Below, in pieces: positions 1-12,915 of a stretch of 64,000 bases of DNA. The notes below the pieces were generated by a model, which saw only the letters and a list, made by a program, of their open reading frames with translations, did no database searches and was not told where the DNA came from. The stretch's first letter is position 1; every line of letters starts with the position of its first letter. The translations under genes and the position numbers were made by a program. This DNA is from Ramazzottius varieornatus (taxonomy: Eukaryota > Animalia > Tardigrada), in assembly GCA_001949185.1 (NCBI GenBank), contig BDGG01000008.1, forward strand, positions 1,612,001-1,676,000, given 5' to 3'.

Positions 1-165
1 AAGTGACGCAACACAGAATGAACTATCCACACATGTGCAGTTGCCGTTCAGCTGTTCTCTGACTATCTACTATAATAAATAATACAGGCAACTTCAGAAA
101 GTTCTCTAGCCACTAAAAGTCTTGTTGTTTTCTTGGGAACTGGTATCGGAAAGTAATTTTGAGAG

Positions 166-823
166 ATGCTTTTCTCGATGGTGTCCAGCATTCTTCTCTG
201 CGGTTTATGGATAAGCCCATCCCACGCGGAACTTCATCAGAACTTGCCCGATATCATGGGCATGGCACAGGACGCCTCCCAAAAGCATATAGATCAAACC
301 TTTGCCAAATTAGCTGAGCAATTTCAAGGGGGAGGAACCTGGAAGGATCAGATGGATCAAACCGTGGACGATGTAAGAACAGGTACGATGCTGGCTTTCT
401 TCTACTGTAGCATACCGCCTTGCAATTCCGGAAATTACAGAGAACAGAGCCGATGCGCCGAATTGCGCATAGGGTATACAGTAGAACTGCATGTCGTTTG
501 ATTTGTAGCGTATGAAAATCTGAATGAAAAGAACAGGAGGTACCAGGAAGACCAAAGTTCCTCCACTCAGAAGCGCCAGACCGTGTCCAGTTCCTCGTAT
601 GCATACTCTTCCGGATCGTACAAAGATGGAGAAGAGCCAGTCACTCATTTTGAGAGCGGAGGTAATTTACATCTGAACTGATTTCCCCTCTGACAACTCC
701 AAAGCTTTTCTCCTAAATGCAGGTTCGCACACCGGGGAAGACTGTACGATCATAACGAAAAGAGATGGCAACGCAGTCAGCACGAAAACAACCTGCAAGA
801 GTTCCGTCAAAGACGAAATTTGA
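166..823 (+). CDS. Orphan 156-aa protein with signal peptide and C-terminal KDEI (ER-retention-like); 3 exons
   Basis: Exons 166-382, 509-661 and 723-823 with GT-AG introns join in frame (471 nt). Hydrophobic N-terminus MLFSMVSSILLCGLWISPSHA; ends ...TTCKSSVKDEI*. TATA-like TATAATAAAT at about 71. Confidence 0.7.
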
Positions 824-1612
824 GAACATCGATTACATTTAGCATCCCGTCCACGCAAGAACCATTCCTAAAAAAATTCGTGTGCCGAAGTCGAATTCAG
901 TATTCAAGACAGAATTTATTACCGGCAGCTAAAATTCGTAGTCTTTCAAATTTATACGACTATCAAAAATCGCTTTGCTCATCGATAACGGCAGTGCGCC
1001 GAAGCGCTATCTAATCGTGCGTTACCACTTTGGTTCGGTAGTACCGTCGTGAAGCCACTCCAGCGCATTTTGTAAACCTCACACTTACTCGACCAGCATT
1101 TTTCTCCTGTTCTAAAAGTCAAGAGTAGCAAATAGAACTGACTCCAATCTGTCCTGACCGCTTTCTTTTTCTGAATTCCCGTACTGTATCGAAACATACT
1201 GCGCGACCAGATTTATCTGTCGGACTGTTCAGAGACAGCACAAGCTTGGCGTTGTTCGATCAGAGTCGTTATGGAACATGCAAACGTATGGACGGGTTCC
1301 CAGCGCAAGACCTCGACCAGGAAGGTCTCCTCTTCGAAAAACATGCTGGCAGTACCTGGTACTGGAGGCGGCGAGAACAACTTTCTTCGGAAGTTCTCTT
1401 TTGCTAATTGGGCACGGCCAGCGGAATCTGACCTCGAACTACAAAGCGGAGCTGTCCAGTACGCATTACACACGTGTTTCTAAGGTTTTTCCCGATATCA
1501 TCAGAAGCTTACAATGAACGGTGGAATCAATGCTCATCATGGGCGATGAGCTCAATCAAACAGCTTAGAGACTCACGTTGTCACGTACTGTTAATCCTCT
1601 GCGTTTTTGCAG

Positions 1613-4600
1613 ATTGCCTTCTACATTCAGTCCCGAATTCCATGATCGTGATTCAGTAGCCAAACTACGTTTCAATTATGTGGGCAATACAGGCATGCAG
1701 TTCTGCGCTCTTGGTTTTGGTAAGTACTGTATGCTTCAAGTTTTTGCCCGTGTCAGCATCGAATTTTCGTTCGGTTTTCCTAACCTTGTTCTGCGTCAGT
1801 CGGCAACCACTAACCAATGCGAACATCCTTGTGTAGCTGTGCCAGAATTTTCCAAATATTGCCCAAGTCCAAGCCCTAATTTTCTGATGAACTGTCCAAC
1901 AGGTGGCAGTGCACTGGGCGGCATCTTCGGCAATGTGGACGAAGCCAAAGCCATCCAGACCGTCCATCTTGCGCTAAAACAGGGGGTGAATTACATTGAC
2001 ACAGCACCCTGGTATGGCGATGGACAATCGGAAAGCATCCTTGGAAAAGTAAGGCCAAGCCGAGAGCTAACTTGATCGTAGGAAACCGGCAAATCAGATT
2101 GTGAGACACATTAACTCGAAAAGCAGCCGCGCTGTATAGCACCCACTACGAACACCCGCAATAGACTTAAAATACTCCCGTTTCGTCATCAAAGCATATG
2201 TTTTATCATTTCAAGTTTTGTAGGCGCTGGCTTCGGTTCCCAGGAAAACATTTTACATCGGAACAAAGGTTGGACGGTACAAGCCAGCGGGGTCGAACGT
2301 AGCGGACATGTTTGACTTCAGTGCTGAACGAGTCATTCGAAGTGTCGACGAAAGTTTGGCAAGATTGAGCTTGTCCTACGTCGATGTGATACAGGTAAGA
2401 CAGAAACCATAAAGATCCCCTGAACTGTACCTTGTTGCGTCGTACCATAAAGGAGAACCTCTGGCATTACCAATGTCATGTGCTCGACAGATTCATGACC
2501 ACGAGTTCGCGCCCAATGTGGAACTCCTTCTCCACGAAACTCTACCTGCTTTGGAAAAGATTCAGGCTTCTGGAAAAGCAAGATTCATCGGCATCACGGG
2601 ATATCCGGTTCATTCATTACAGTACGAATTTTAGCCGCAGCTTTAGTGTGAACCAGCCGAAATTCGTCTCTTTGTGCTTCATCAGGGAAATAGTACAGAA
2701 AAGTGCAGTACCCATCGACACAGTGCTTTCATACTGCCGGTATGGTCTCTTCAACCGCGACCTAAAGGACGTCATCCCGCTTTTCAAAGAGGAAGGTGTT
2801 GGGGTGATCAACGCGGCGCCAACCGGAATGGGGTTGCTGACGGACGAAGGCCCACAAGCTTGGCATCCAGCTCCCGATTCACTGAAACGCGTAGCAAGCG
2901 AAGCGGTGCAGTATGCAAAGGTTTGTAACTTATGCATCATATACTTCCCTAAGAACGTCACCACATAATGTCGCGATCATATAACTGCTGCTGATTGATT
3001 GTAGGAGAAGGGCGTGGACCTTGCAAAGGTCGCCATAAAATACAGTTATCGATTGCCAGATATCGCCACCACCCTTGTCAGCATGGCGCGGTATGACCTC
3101 AGAATGGGCATGCAGATCTTCTTAAAATCTGGTTTCAGTTGCGTTGCGATTTATGTGAACTCCTCTGATTTTAGGCCGGAGTTAGTAAAAGCTAACTACG
3201 ACGCCTGCACTCATCCCATGACAGAAAAGGAGAACGCCGTTATGCATGATGTCGTCAAAAAGTAAGACTTAGTTATTTAGGTCTTTCAGTATGAAATTGC
3301 CGTTTTCAGAACGCTTATTTCAAACAATTCTATATCTGGTCAGAAGCAATATCATTTCGATCCCCTTCTTTTTACTGAGCGTAGCGTATGGTGTCGTCTT
3401 TCATCTAAGCACGAGGAAGCTCCACTCTACCTTCATGATTGATTTCTGGAGCTGTTTGTGTCTGTGGGGTAATTTCGAAAATTTTGACGTCCTTATTTGA
3501 AAAATTCTTTTGTCACCACCAGCGCTTCCAAAATTATAAGCTTGACGTGATAACCTACGAGGGAAAGGTTGTAAACTTAGCCGCCCCATACCGGGTTTGT
3601 AAAGTTAGCCACGGCTGTAGCGTCTTTAGCTTGATTAACTGTTTGATTTTCAGCCTTAGCTTTTTAACATGGGATTTCAACGTTTCTTTAATTGCGGATA
3701 TCTTGGATTCTCTGACTCCTCGGGTTGACTGCACCTAATACCATTCGACAGGTCATCATTTTATCTACCAATTTATCTTTAAAAGTTTGGGATTGAGTAG
3801 TAGAGAACAGGCAAGCTTACACGGCTAACTTTACAACCTTTCCCTCGTACAGCAAAAAGAAGGCCATCGACTGCCAGTTTCAGTTTTGACAACGCATGTC
3901 GTGTTCGGAAAACTGCCAGGTGGGAAAAGAGAACTAAAAAACCTCATCTTTCTCGATAAACATTTCTCTTCCCCCGACCCGAACAGAGCAGATTTCCAAA
4001 ACTTCATCCAGTGATCGAACACACCTTGACACAGTGACAGATAGGTCATTGCTTGAACTGATCAACACTACGACCGAAGAAATGAGAAAAAGTCATCTCC
4101 CCACTAAACTGGCGCATCTTGTTTTCGGCAATTCATCACCATCTTTTCAAAATTTTTTTCTTTTGTAAAATCCCGAAGGATTGTTCTCTTGCTTTCTTTT
4201 CCACTACCAATTAACCTTGTTGCCGGTGTGATAGTGCAGCTGACGGTGCGGCAAAAAATTCGTAAAATGGTCCTGGTTAGACATGCATTGTTATTACTCT
4301 AAAGCTTTTCCTACGTCCCGTTTTCGACGTTTTGAGTGGACCTTGTTTACAAAAAAACGACAAGACCTCGTCACTGGAATTGGACATCAGCCGAACTCCA
4401 AAAGTGGTGTTACGACTTCGAAACGAGATTTTGAAGTCCGACCCTAAGGAACGGCAATTTCATACTGAAAAATCTTTATAGGTTCTAACGGACCGCGCAC
4501 TCGTGTGTACCTGATGGTCTTGATATCAAATAGTGCGGTACTTCGAAAATTCAGAAGCTCCGCTACAGGTTTTTCATTCCGCTGGGACGCACTCACTGGG

Positions 4601-4701
4601 AAAACATTGAAGTGACAAAGTACTGGGAAGGAATGGAAGAAGCTAATCTTGTTGGTGGATTCAAAATCTCTGATCCTGACGAGGACGATGGCAAGATCTG
4701 A
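1613..4701 (+). CDS. Aldo-keto reductase, L-galactose dehydrogenase-like (first coding exon not resolved)
   Basis: Spliced exons encode ALGFGGSALGGIFG, GVNYIDTAPWYGDGQSESILG, YIGTKVGRY, SLARLSLSYVDVIQIHD and GVGVINAAPTGMGLLT. The last exon 4569-4701 (FFIPLGRTHWENIEVTKYW...KI*) joins in phase after a 1.3-kb intron. Confidence 0.88.
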
Positions 4702-5340
4702 ACAAAGATACATGTATAAATCTTCGCCTTTGATAACCCTCAAATGTGTTGTTTGTAAAGTGTGATCTTTCAATTGGAATATCAGTACAAGCTATAGAAA
4801 CCGAATAGATAAGCATGTATGAGTTATTACAAGCCAGAACAAAACGCAAGCGAGATTTTTGTATAATGAGGGTTATGCCATCCAACCGGTTTCAAAGGCT
4901 GGTTAGTTTGCTAACCACTTACTGCCACGCCAGCTGGTTCATAGTGAATTTAATTACACTGCATGGCAAATGCAGTATAGAGGACGCAACGCACAATCAA
5001 CATTTGAAACCGGATGGATGGCATTTAGCTGGCGGACTTACCCAGATTTTCACCAAGACTTGCTTGGTGAGCTTCTCCTTGGACCACTGATGGTGCTAAA
5101 TAATTATCTTAATGAGGACATCTCTGTACGTTCGACGCGTCAATATCTTGATGCCGGTAATAAATTATCAAGGCCGATATCAGTTTCGAAACGTAACCCC
5201 AGCCGCGTGAAGAACTCCCTAGAACAAACATATTCCGATAAATGAGGAAACAAGATTTTCCGATGAAAAGATTTGTGATGTTCGAACAATGGTGCCAAGC
5301 CGCCGCTCGCCCGCCTAACGTATTGACTAATCAGTGACCG

Positions 5341-5370
5341 TGTCATGTCATGTCATGTCATGTCATGCCA
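5341..5370. repeat. (TGTCA)n pentanucleotide tandem repeat; reverse-complement copy at 21231-21252
   Basis: tgtcatgtcatgtcatgtcatgtcatgcca versus tggcatgacatgacatgacatg. Confidence 0.75.
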
Positions 5371-5915
5371 TACATAGGTAATACAGTACATTATGTCGAA
5401 TGTCCGGAAATCACCGCTTGTTGAGTTCTGTATTCTCTCCAGTAATTTCCCTACGTCACAGGCGATACATTTGTTTAAGAGTCTGCGAAGCGAACAGGCA
5501 GCTTTCGCTCTACGTCACTTTACTAGGTCATTTTAAACAAAAATTTGCACAGCAAGAACGAAACAATCACAAGGAAACAAATGTTTTAAGAGGTAAAATC
5601 AACACTACACTGCAGTATCTACAACACATCGTCATCGAAACTCACAAGACTTTGCGCAACCGACAAAGCGGAGAATGAGCGGATATGAATTGCCTGAGGG
5701 ATACGAAGAAGCCTTCTGTTGAACAGCTGATTAATCTTTGTTTGAAACTAAATACACGCTTGCGATTGATTGTATGTCCTTGATTGAGTCTAATGACGAC
5801 ACGGTTTTGCCACTGTGGCAGATACCGCAATTTCCCTCTTGCATCATTTCTAAAAACCGTTCGAGTGACGTAAGGAAATTACCGAAGAGAATACAGTACT
5901 GTATACGCTATGTTA

Positions 5916-6079
5916 CAGTGTACGACAAAGTTAACCGTTAAAAATGGGTGTGACACTCCAGCTGAGCCTACTTACGACTCAGCCAATGAGACTCATGTGT
6001 TGCTGCATGCGCAAATTTCATTGGCTTCAACCACCTAGCTCCATACACCCATTTTTAACGGTTTATTTTGTCGTACACT
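5916..6079. mobile_element. MITE with 35-bp terminal inverted repeats, Tc1/mariner-like (TA|CAGTG left end)
   Basis: agtgtacgacaaagttaaccgttaaaaatgggtgt (5917-5951) matches the reverse complement of 6045-6079 with 2 mismatches; preceded by TA. Confidence 0.75.
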
Positions 6080-6423
6080 AAGGGTTTACAAAGATAGATT
6101 CCACCGCTGGGGGGATTTCACCGTTGGTAGAATTGGCTCCGCCCGCACCGCACTATTGGGCCATACGTTCCACCAAAACTCACATTCCACCAACTTTTCG
6201 GTGTAGTTACGATCTACTTCGGAGCGACTCGTAATCCCACCAGCTGACGAAATTTTCAGTTTTCATTTTGCTTTACCGACGCTATTTCTGTGACCTAGTC
6301 CTTCTTCAAGTCTTCCCTTCTTCAATCCCGTCCTGGCTTTTCTTCCTGATGCTCAAATAAGCATGCCACCACTACAGCCCATCCGGGCTAAACCAGCAAG
6401 TTTGCAGTTACAACTGGGGCCGA

Positions 6424-7269
6424 GTGCTCCTTTTGTCGAAGCCACCGGCAAGCGCAATCCCAAGCCTCGTGCAATCCCACGCAACAGACGATGCAGAGCT
6501 GTTCCTAATGAGCAATGGGCGGGAAATGGAAACTGACCCACTCGATCTGGATATACCTTCTATGGTAGCTGATATGTTTGCTGATCAACCTACCTCCGCC
6601 GAAGCGTCGCATACACCAGAAGTTCCGGCAGCACAACCTGGAGCTTCGACGTCGAACAGAAAACCAGTGAGAGTCCTTTTGCGTTCATCTTCGTCCTCAG
6701 ATGATCGTTCCAAGGCTGACAAAAGCTGTGAAAAGCGGTGGAAAACCAAGCCAGAGGTTTCATTTACACTTAGCGGAAACAAGAAGCCCTTTTTGACACG
6801 AAGGAAGTTCCTCTGCTACGACGAGCCAGTGGAAGGCTACCAGGGCAGAATGCTGAATTCGGAAGCCGAGAAGATCGGAATGTCTCGCAGGGAATTGCAA
6901 GCACCGAAAAAGGCAGCTGAATATCAGCAAAATGAACGCATGGAAGCACTGAGCGTGCAACGACTAAAAGCCGAAGCCAGAGGAACAGAAGCGCAGCCCA
7001 TAAACCTCTTGTTACAGATTCAACTTGCGAGCATCATATAGCAGCCAGAGAACAAACTCTCTCTTCTGATTCCTCTCTGTTACCAAAATTCTTTGGGTAG
7101 CTGGATGATTTTCTTCTGCTTCCCAGTTCTGCCCTTCTTCTGAATCATTATTCCACTCAGAGTTGTAGTAGTCTTGCTTCAGTAGATTGTTCAGAATGCA
7201 GCAAGCTCGGATCCAGTAAACGATCGTTCGATGGTCGTCAGCATTATTGAGAACACTTCTCGTCCACAA
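6424..7269. mobile_element. PIF/Harbinger transposon remnant: transposase C-terminus (7012-7269, minus) convergent with a charged ORF (6424-7041, plus)
   Basis: WIRACCILNNLL followed by an acidic stretch resembles the ACCxLHN end of HARBI1/DDE_Tnp_4 transposases. Two convergent ORFs fit Harbinger organisation. No matching TIR pair found. Confidence 0.55.
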
Positions 7270-7846
7270 AATGGGTGCTTTTGGGAACGAAGGATCTCTT
7301 GTGGATGTATCGACACTTCTTCAAGATGCGACGTCGAGCTTTAAGTGTGGTCACTTCATCGTCGCTGCCGCGCGACTCGGCGGAAGACTGGTCTCTCTCG
7401 TCTTACGATGACATACAAAGGCCAGCAGATGAGCGTAAAAATCTGATGGTCGATTTTCCTGAGAAGAAGGGTTCTTTCCTTCAGCTGAGGCATGTTCGCA
7501 AGAAAATCAAGAAGCGCGTTGTGCGATCAAAAATATGTGAAGTTCAAAATAGAAATCGGAAGGTTTGAAAAATTACACCCTCTGGATTTTAAAGCTGAAG
7601 TAGACCGTTCAAAGTATGATTATCTCGAGGGTTTGATTGCTTAAGTTCAATAGAGGGCGGATCCACCAAAAGGATCAGGTTAATTACACCACCGAGCGAA
7701 CCTTACCTTTGTACGCCCTTACTGTAGGTGAGACAACCGGATTGATTGCACAGGATTGATCAAGTATCTTTGACCACCTAACAAAATCCGCGGCTGAGAA
7801 GCTGACATTTTCCGCTAAACGAAATAATTTCTTACTCATCTTCAAA

Positions 7847-10800
7847 ATGGACAGTGTCCGGCGGACCTTGCAGAAGCTGCGTGTTGCCATCACGAGGTAC
7901 TACTACATCCATGGAATCTTCTGCGCCAGCCATCCCTACTCCATTATCTGTATCGCAACCACCATTGTGGTCTTGTGTTGGTAAGTTTAGTCCGAACGAG
8001 ACGTCAACCTACGTACAGTTGCTCATTCAGCCATTCCTTGCTTCTTTCTGCAGTATTCCTTTGACAAAGCTTCCTTTGCCTGGATATGGACCGCTAGAGT
8101 ACGCTACCCCCATTACCGAGTTCGCTGTACCAGTGAACAAGCAAGCAATCTCCTCGCGCGATGGAGTAAACGCAGCCGGAAAGTCCCTTCCGGTCAATAC
8201 CAGTACGACCGACTCTCCGGAATGGGTAAGATAGGATAACGTGAGCGACAAATGTATCCGGATTTGAATCATAACCTGTTTCGCCGTTACAGCTAACAGT
8301 ACAGCCCAAACCGGAGTGTTTCGTACAGCAAATTCTGGTCACGGCGCAGGTTTTGCCGTGGACATCCGACCTACTTCCGGTGGACTCCATCCGAAGGCCG
8401 CTGGGAATCGCATTCGATGTCTTGGACGAGATCGATAAATTCACCTCGTTTGACGAAACGTAAGTCGGATAGCCCGTACCACACTGTTTACGGACAGCGT
8501 GCGAAGAAATTCGTGCTCTACAGGAACAGGAAAGTCTCTCTGCAGAGCTTCTGCTACGAAGCGAACCACGTTCTCTCGGCTTACAAAAAATATGGCTTTC
8601 TCGTCGAAGACGGATGTCTCGTCATCTCTCCTACCAACATATGGGACTCGGACATTCAAAAGTATCGGATTTCTCCTCAAGGGGAATATTGCAGTCAACT
8701 TCGAATACTCTGTGTTTGTGACAGGTTTCGAGCAGACTCTGATATTTTGGGCACGGTGTTCGCCCATGAAAAGAGAACGACGATCGATTCCACTCCTGGT
8801 TTCAAAGGTACGTTTCACCGTATAATTACTTTCGTTTATGCGCCCTTCCATCGACGTTTGAATGTGCTTTCAGATTTGGCTTTCGGGGTGTCGTGGTCGG
8901 AAACTGGTATCAAGCCGCAAATTCTAACTGCCGAGTCACGGAGTGTTCGGTTCGCTATCACCGTCATCCTCAAAGAGTACAACAAGCATTTAATGAAGGC
9001 TCTGGCTGCTCGTCTGCACAGTCGTTTCGGTATACGCCATGCCTCCAAGACTGTGGAGCATGTCGTGCATATTCGCTTTCAGAATCTGCCTGAGATCGTC
9101 CAGTTTCTGCCGCTGATCGTAACCTACCTTGTCGTCCTGCTGTACCTGTGCTTTTCCGTCAGTAAGTTTGAGACTAAAACACTGTCACTTGACTGCTACA
9201 TTTGCCTACGACGGTACACAGAAAACTTATCTTGTGTAGGCAAGCTGGAGATGGTCAAATCTAAAGTTGGCCTGGCTTTCTCCGCCGTTATCGCCATTGT
9301 CGCATCGCTGATCATGTCAGCTGGACTTTGTTCCTACTTCGGCCTCCAGACAACCCTCAGCGGCGGGTACGTCCGAACTGTTTCATTTCGGTGCTACTAC
9401 TGGATGTACTTATATTCCTTTTTTGTTTCAGAGAAATCTTCCCGTATCTGGTGGTTATAATCGGCCTGGAAAACGTTATTGTTATCACAAAGTCCGTCGT
9501 TTCTACGCCCGTTCAGCTTGACGTCAAATACAGGATCGCGCAAGGTAAAAAGCGCTTGAAAGATTCTGTTTCCCGAGTCGATAATATACCTTACAACGTC
9601 TGCAATAGAAAATAAATTGGACCACCAGTCAAAACAACACACAAGGGAACAGTGAACATATTCAGGCACGATAACGATTTCTTTACGCCCCAGGACTGAG
9701 CCGTGAAGGATGGAGTATCACCAAGAATTTTCTGGCGGAACTAATGGTACTTCTGCTTGGGTACCTTACCGATGTTCCCGCCATTCGGGTACGAAGGTTT
9801 CTGGTTCCGTAGTCTTCCAGTCGGAGTGGCGCACGTTTTCTATCGATAATACTCCAGACGTGCGCCACTTGGAAAGCAATCTTTTTGAGTCTGTGCCGTG
9901 TTTTCAAATACTGTCGCTCCTAACAATCATCGACAGAATCCATTATTTAGGAATTCTGCACCTTTGGCTTGATCGGTCTACTCTCCGACATGTTCCTACA
10001 GCTGCTCTTCTTCTCCGCAGTCCTCTCCATCGATATCGGTCGAATGGAACTGGCCGACCACCTCTCCAACCGCCCCCTCGTCTCTACCGGCACCACCGAA
10101 ATCACCAAGAACCAGACCGTCCTGACCACCTACCCGGAAGTTCGCTGTCCCATCATGGCCTGGATCTCCCGCGCCCCGCCACTCCCACCATCCGCACCTT
10201 CCAACACTCTCTCACGCATCCCCGACCAGCAAACCTCCACCCCAGCCACCAAAGTACCACGCCGTGTCAGAATCCTCTGGTATTTCGGTAGTCGGCGAGT
10301 CATGCAACGTGGCTTGATGGCGCTGACACTGCTGTGGATAGTTGCGCTAGCTTATCAGTCGGCGTACATGTTGAAGGCAGTGCATGTCGGGAAAGCTTGG
10401 ACGGCGGATAAAGTCATGAAACCAAAGGTTGATGTGGGTAGAGGGGAGCATAACACGCACAAGTTGTCGTACCGCCACTGGCCCACGCTGTTCGGCTACT
10501 ATAACGTCAGTTTGGTGGGGAAGTACATTAGCGTCCTGCCGCCGATTCCGCTGTCGGTGGTGGTCTCACCTGCAGAGGCGGTGGCACACAGACATCCGCT
10601 GGACCATAAGAAGACGCCCTGGAAGGAGGAAGCTTTCATTGGTCGACACCAACAATACCTGACCGTAAGCTGCCAATGCATTCAATCGCAAGGACGAGAA
10701 GCGAAACATTGAAGACTGCGTGCGCCGACAGAAAATCAAATTTGAAATACAAACCAGAGTATCCTTACGCATAATTTGTTGTGGTCACCACACATACGAA

Positions 10801-12432
10801 AACGTATGTGATTCGTAGAAAATTGTTCGAAATAGGAAGGAATGCCAAATGACCAAAACATAGTCGTCAACATTTCAGTTCAATGCGAGTATAAGCTCAC
10901 AGACAGTGGAGTTGTATTTGATAACGCGGGTGAAGAGAAAGCTTTTCATCATAATCTAGAGCTTACGACCGATAGGGCATTGTTACATTACCCATGTATT
11001 TTGCAGGCCAAGCTGCAACAGCAAGATCGTTGGGTCCTTATTGCTCTCGGTGGCTCCTCTGCTGTGGCCGTCCTCGGTCTCTGTCTGTACGCCCTCCGCC
11101 TCATCTGGCCAGTGAAACAACGACTGCACTCGTCCCTCTCCGCCCGCGAATCTTCCGACCGTTCAGTGGCCGAGAGACCCTTCCAGTACGATGTGCGAGT
11201 CTGCACTCTGGAAGGCCACTTGGTCGGTATCCGCAACATGGCCATACACGAGGACCGAGTAGCCACCAGCTGTCACGCCGGTCAGATCCGCATGTGGGAT
11301 TGGAACGAAGGCAAAGAGATTGGCTTGGTGAAGCGACTCAGAGAACACCACAGAGAAGTTCCGTTGAAAGGGAGAAACGGCACGACGCTGCGAGATTTCG
11401 TTTTCGTTGAAGGAACAGAAGTGTCCGCGCTGGCGCTGAACGAACACTTCGTCGTGGCTGGATGTACTGATGGTCTGATCGAGATATACGCCTCGCAGAG
11501 CAGGAACGCTGTCTGCAGCATTGGGCTGCCTTCTCAGGGTCCCGTCACTGCTGTCACTCTGAAAGACGCTCATATTTTCTGTGGCAATGAACGAGGGGAC
11601 GTCTGTGTGTTCTCCAAGATAGAGCATGAAAGAGACGGGTTTAGCTTGCGACAGCCTGTCAGCACTGTCGTTGAAGGTCGGAGCAACCCGGTAGAGAAGA
11701 TTGTCATGGTTGAGGATATCATGGTTGTTCTGACCAAGGACGCAGTAAAAGTAGGCAATTTTCTAACGTTTGTGCTACCATGATTTACTTTTTCTCAAGT
11801 GACTTTCTTATCCGTTTAGGTGATGTCGGTGTCGCACTTGACGGTGCTGCACTCCTTATGGAGTCCGTCGGGCTCGGTGACAGCGTCTTTCTTTGACAAA
11901 ATTTCCAAGACAACCTGTGCGGGCTACAGTAACGGCAAAGCTGCCTTATGGAATAGCCTGACGGGGTCCATGGTCAACGAGTACTCCGGGCAGTTGTCTG
12001 TACCGGTGAGGGCGGTCTGCTTTTCCGAGAACTTTGTGGTAGCAGTTTACTTGGTGAAGACTGACATGCAAGTGTGGAGATGGTGTCGAGCCGGTAGCCT
12101 TTCGGCCTCCACTATTCGACTTGTAAGTTCCCTCGTAATTGGTTCAGCTGCGAACAATAATGACATTGTATTTCTTTTTGTAGAGGTCGGACGACGTAGG
12201 CGAACTATACATTCAGGACGACTTCCTCTTGGTGGGTGTCGTTGGTGAGATCCGTGTTTATGACTGTATGAGCATGGTTCTTTCAACAACCATTCCTTTG
12301 TGTGACGGAACACCGCAAGTGTACCTGGCTTGTCCTGGTCGGTTCGTCACAACGAATGGCTGTGATTTGATCTGTGATTATGGACGTCAGCTCAAGATTG
12401 TGAAACTTAGCAATACGTCAAAGTCGCGCTGA
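7847..12432 (+). CDS. SCAP: SREBP cleavage-activating protein (sterol-sensing domain plus WD40 repeats), multi-exon
   Basis: N-terminus [13 protein letters not shown]; sterol-sensing domain [74 protein letters not shown]; [26 protein letters not shown]; C-terminal WD40 repeats. Confidence 0.95.
9823..9871. repeat. 49-bp palindromic element, 1 unit, SCAP intron
   Basis: ggagtggcgcac-N25-gtgcgccacttg inside intron 9789-9950. Confidence 0.9.
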
Positions 12433-12703
12433 ACGGGACTTTCTTCTTGTTTCTGTACATACTAGGCTTCCTTCTTGTTTCCAGTATGAAATGAGTGTAC
12501 TGACATTTAGTATAAAGAAGCAAGAATAGTCAGATTCTGTGACGGGAATTACGGGACTTACAGTCCAAAGTGTTGCGTAATCGACACTTTGGTAGCCATT
12601 TGACTGTTGTTCCTCGTGGTCAACCACAGGTAGATTTTAAACGGCACGCACGTGATAAGTCTGTTTCATCTTCAATCCATAAAACAGCACTATCCCCAAC
12701 TTA

Positions 12704-12776
12704 GCCCGGTTAGCTCAGTCGGTAGAGCGTCAGGCTTTTAACCTGAATGTCGGGGGTTCGAGCCCCCCATCGGGCG
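12704..12776 (+). tRNA. tRNA-Lys, anticodon TTT
   Basis: GCCCGGTTAGCTCAGTCGGTAGAGC...TCAGG-CT-TTT-AA-CCTGA...GGTTCGAGCC...ATCGGGCG; 73-nt cloverleaf followed by a T-run terminator. Confidence 0.97.
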
Positions 12777-12915
12777 ACATTTTTGTCCCTCGTGCTTCGA
12801 CCAAACACTTCACGGGAACGATTAGTGAATAATTCATCGATATTGATGCCATAGATTTGCTGTTCACGTCAATCAAAACCACTGATTTTTTTTCATATAA
12901 GAAGAGGTCCGCATT

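Noticed and set aside
1271-1483. 70-aa ORF as first exon of the reductase
   Set aside because: No convincing in-phase splice donor identified.
3262-4568. Unusually long last intron of the reductase with short ORF fragments
   Set aside because: No recognisable domain, TIR or TSD found.
1613-4701. L-galactose dehydrogenase-like gene as evidence of a plant-type ascorbate pathway
   Set aside because: Similar aldo-keto reductases occur in other invertebrates, and substrate cannot be inferred from sequence.
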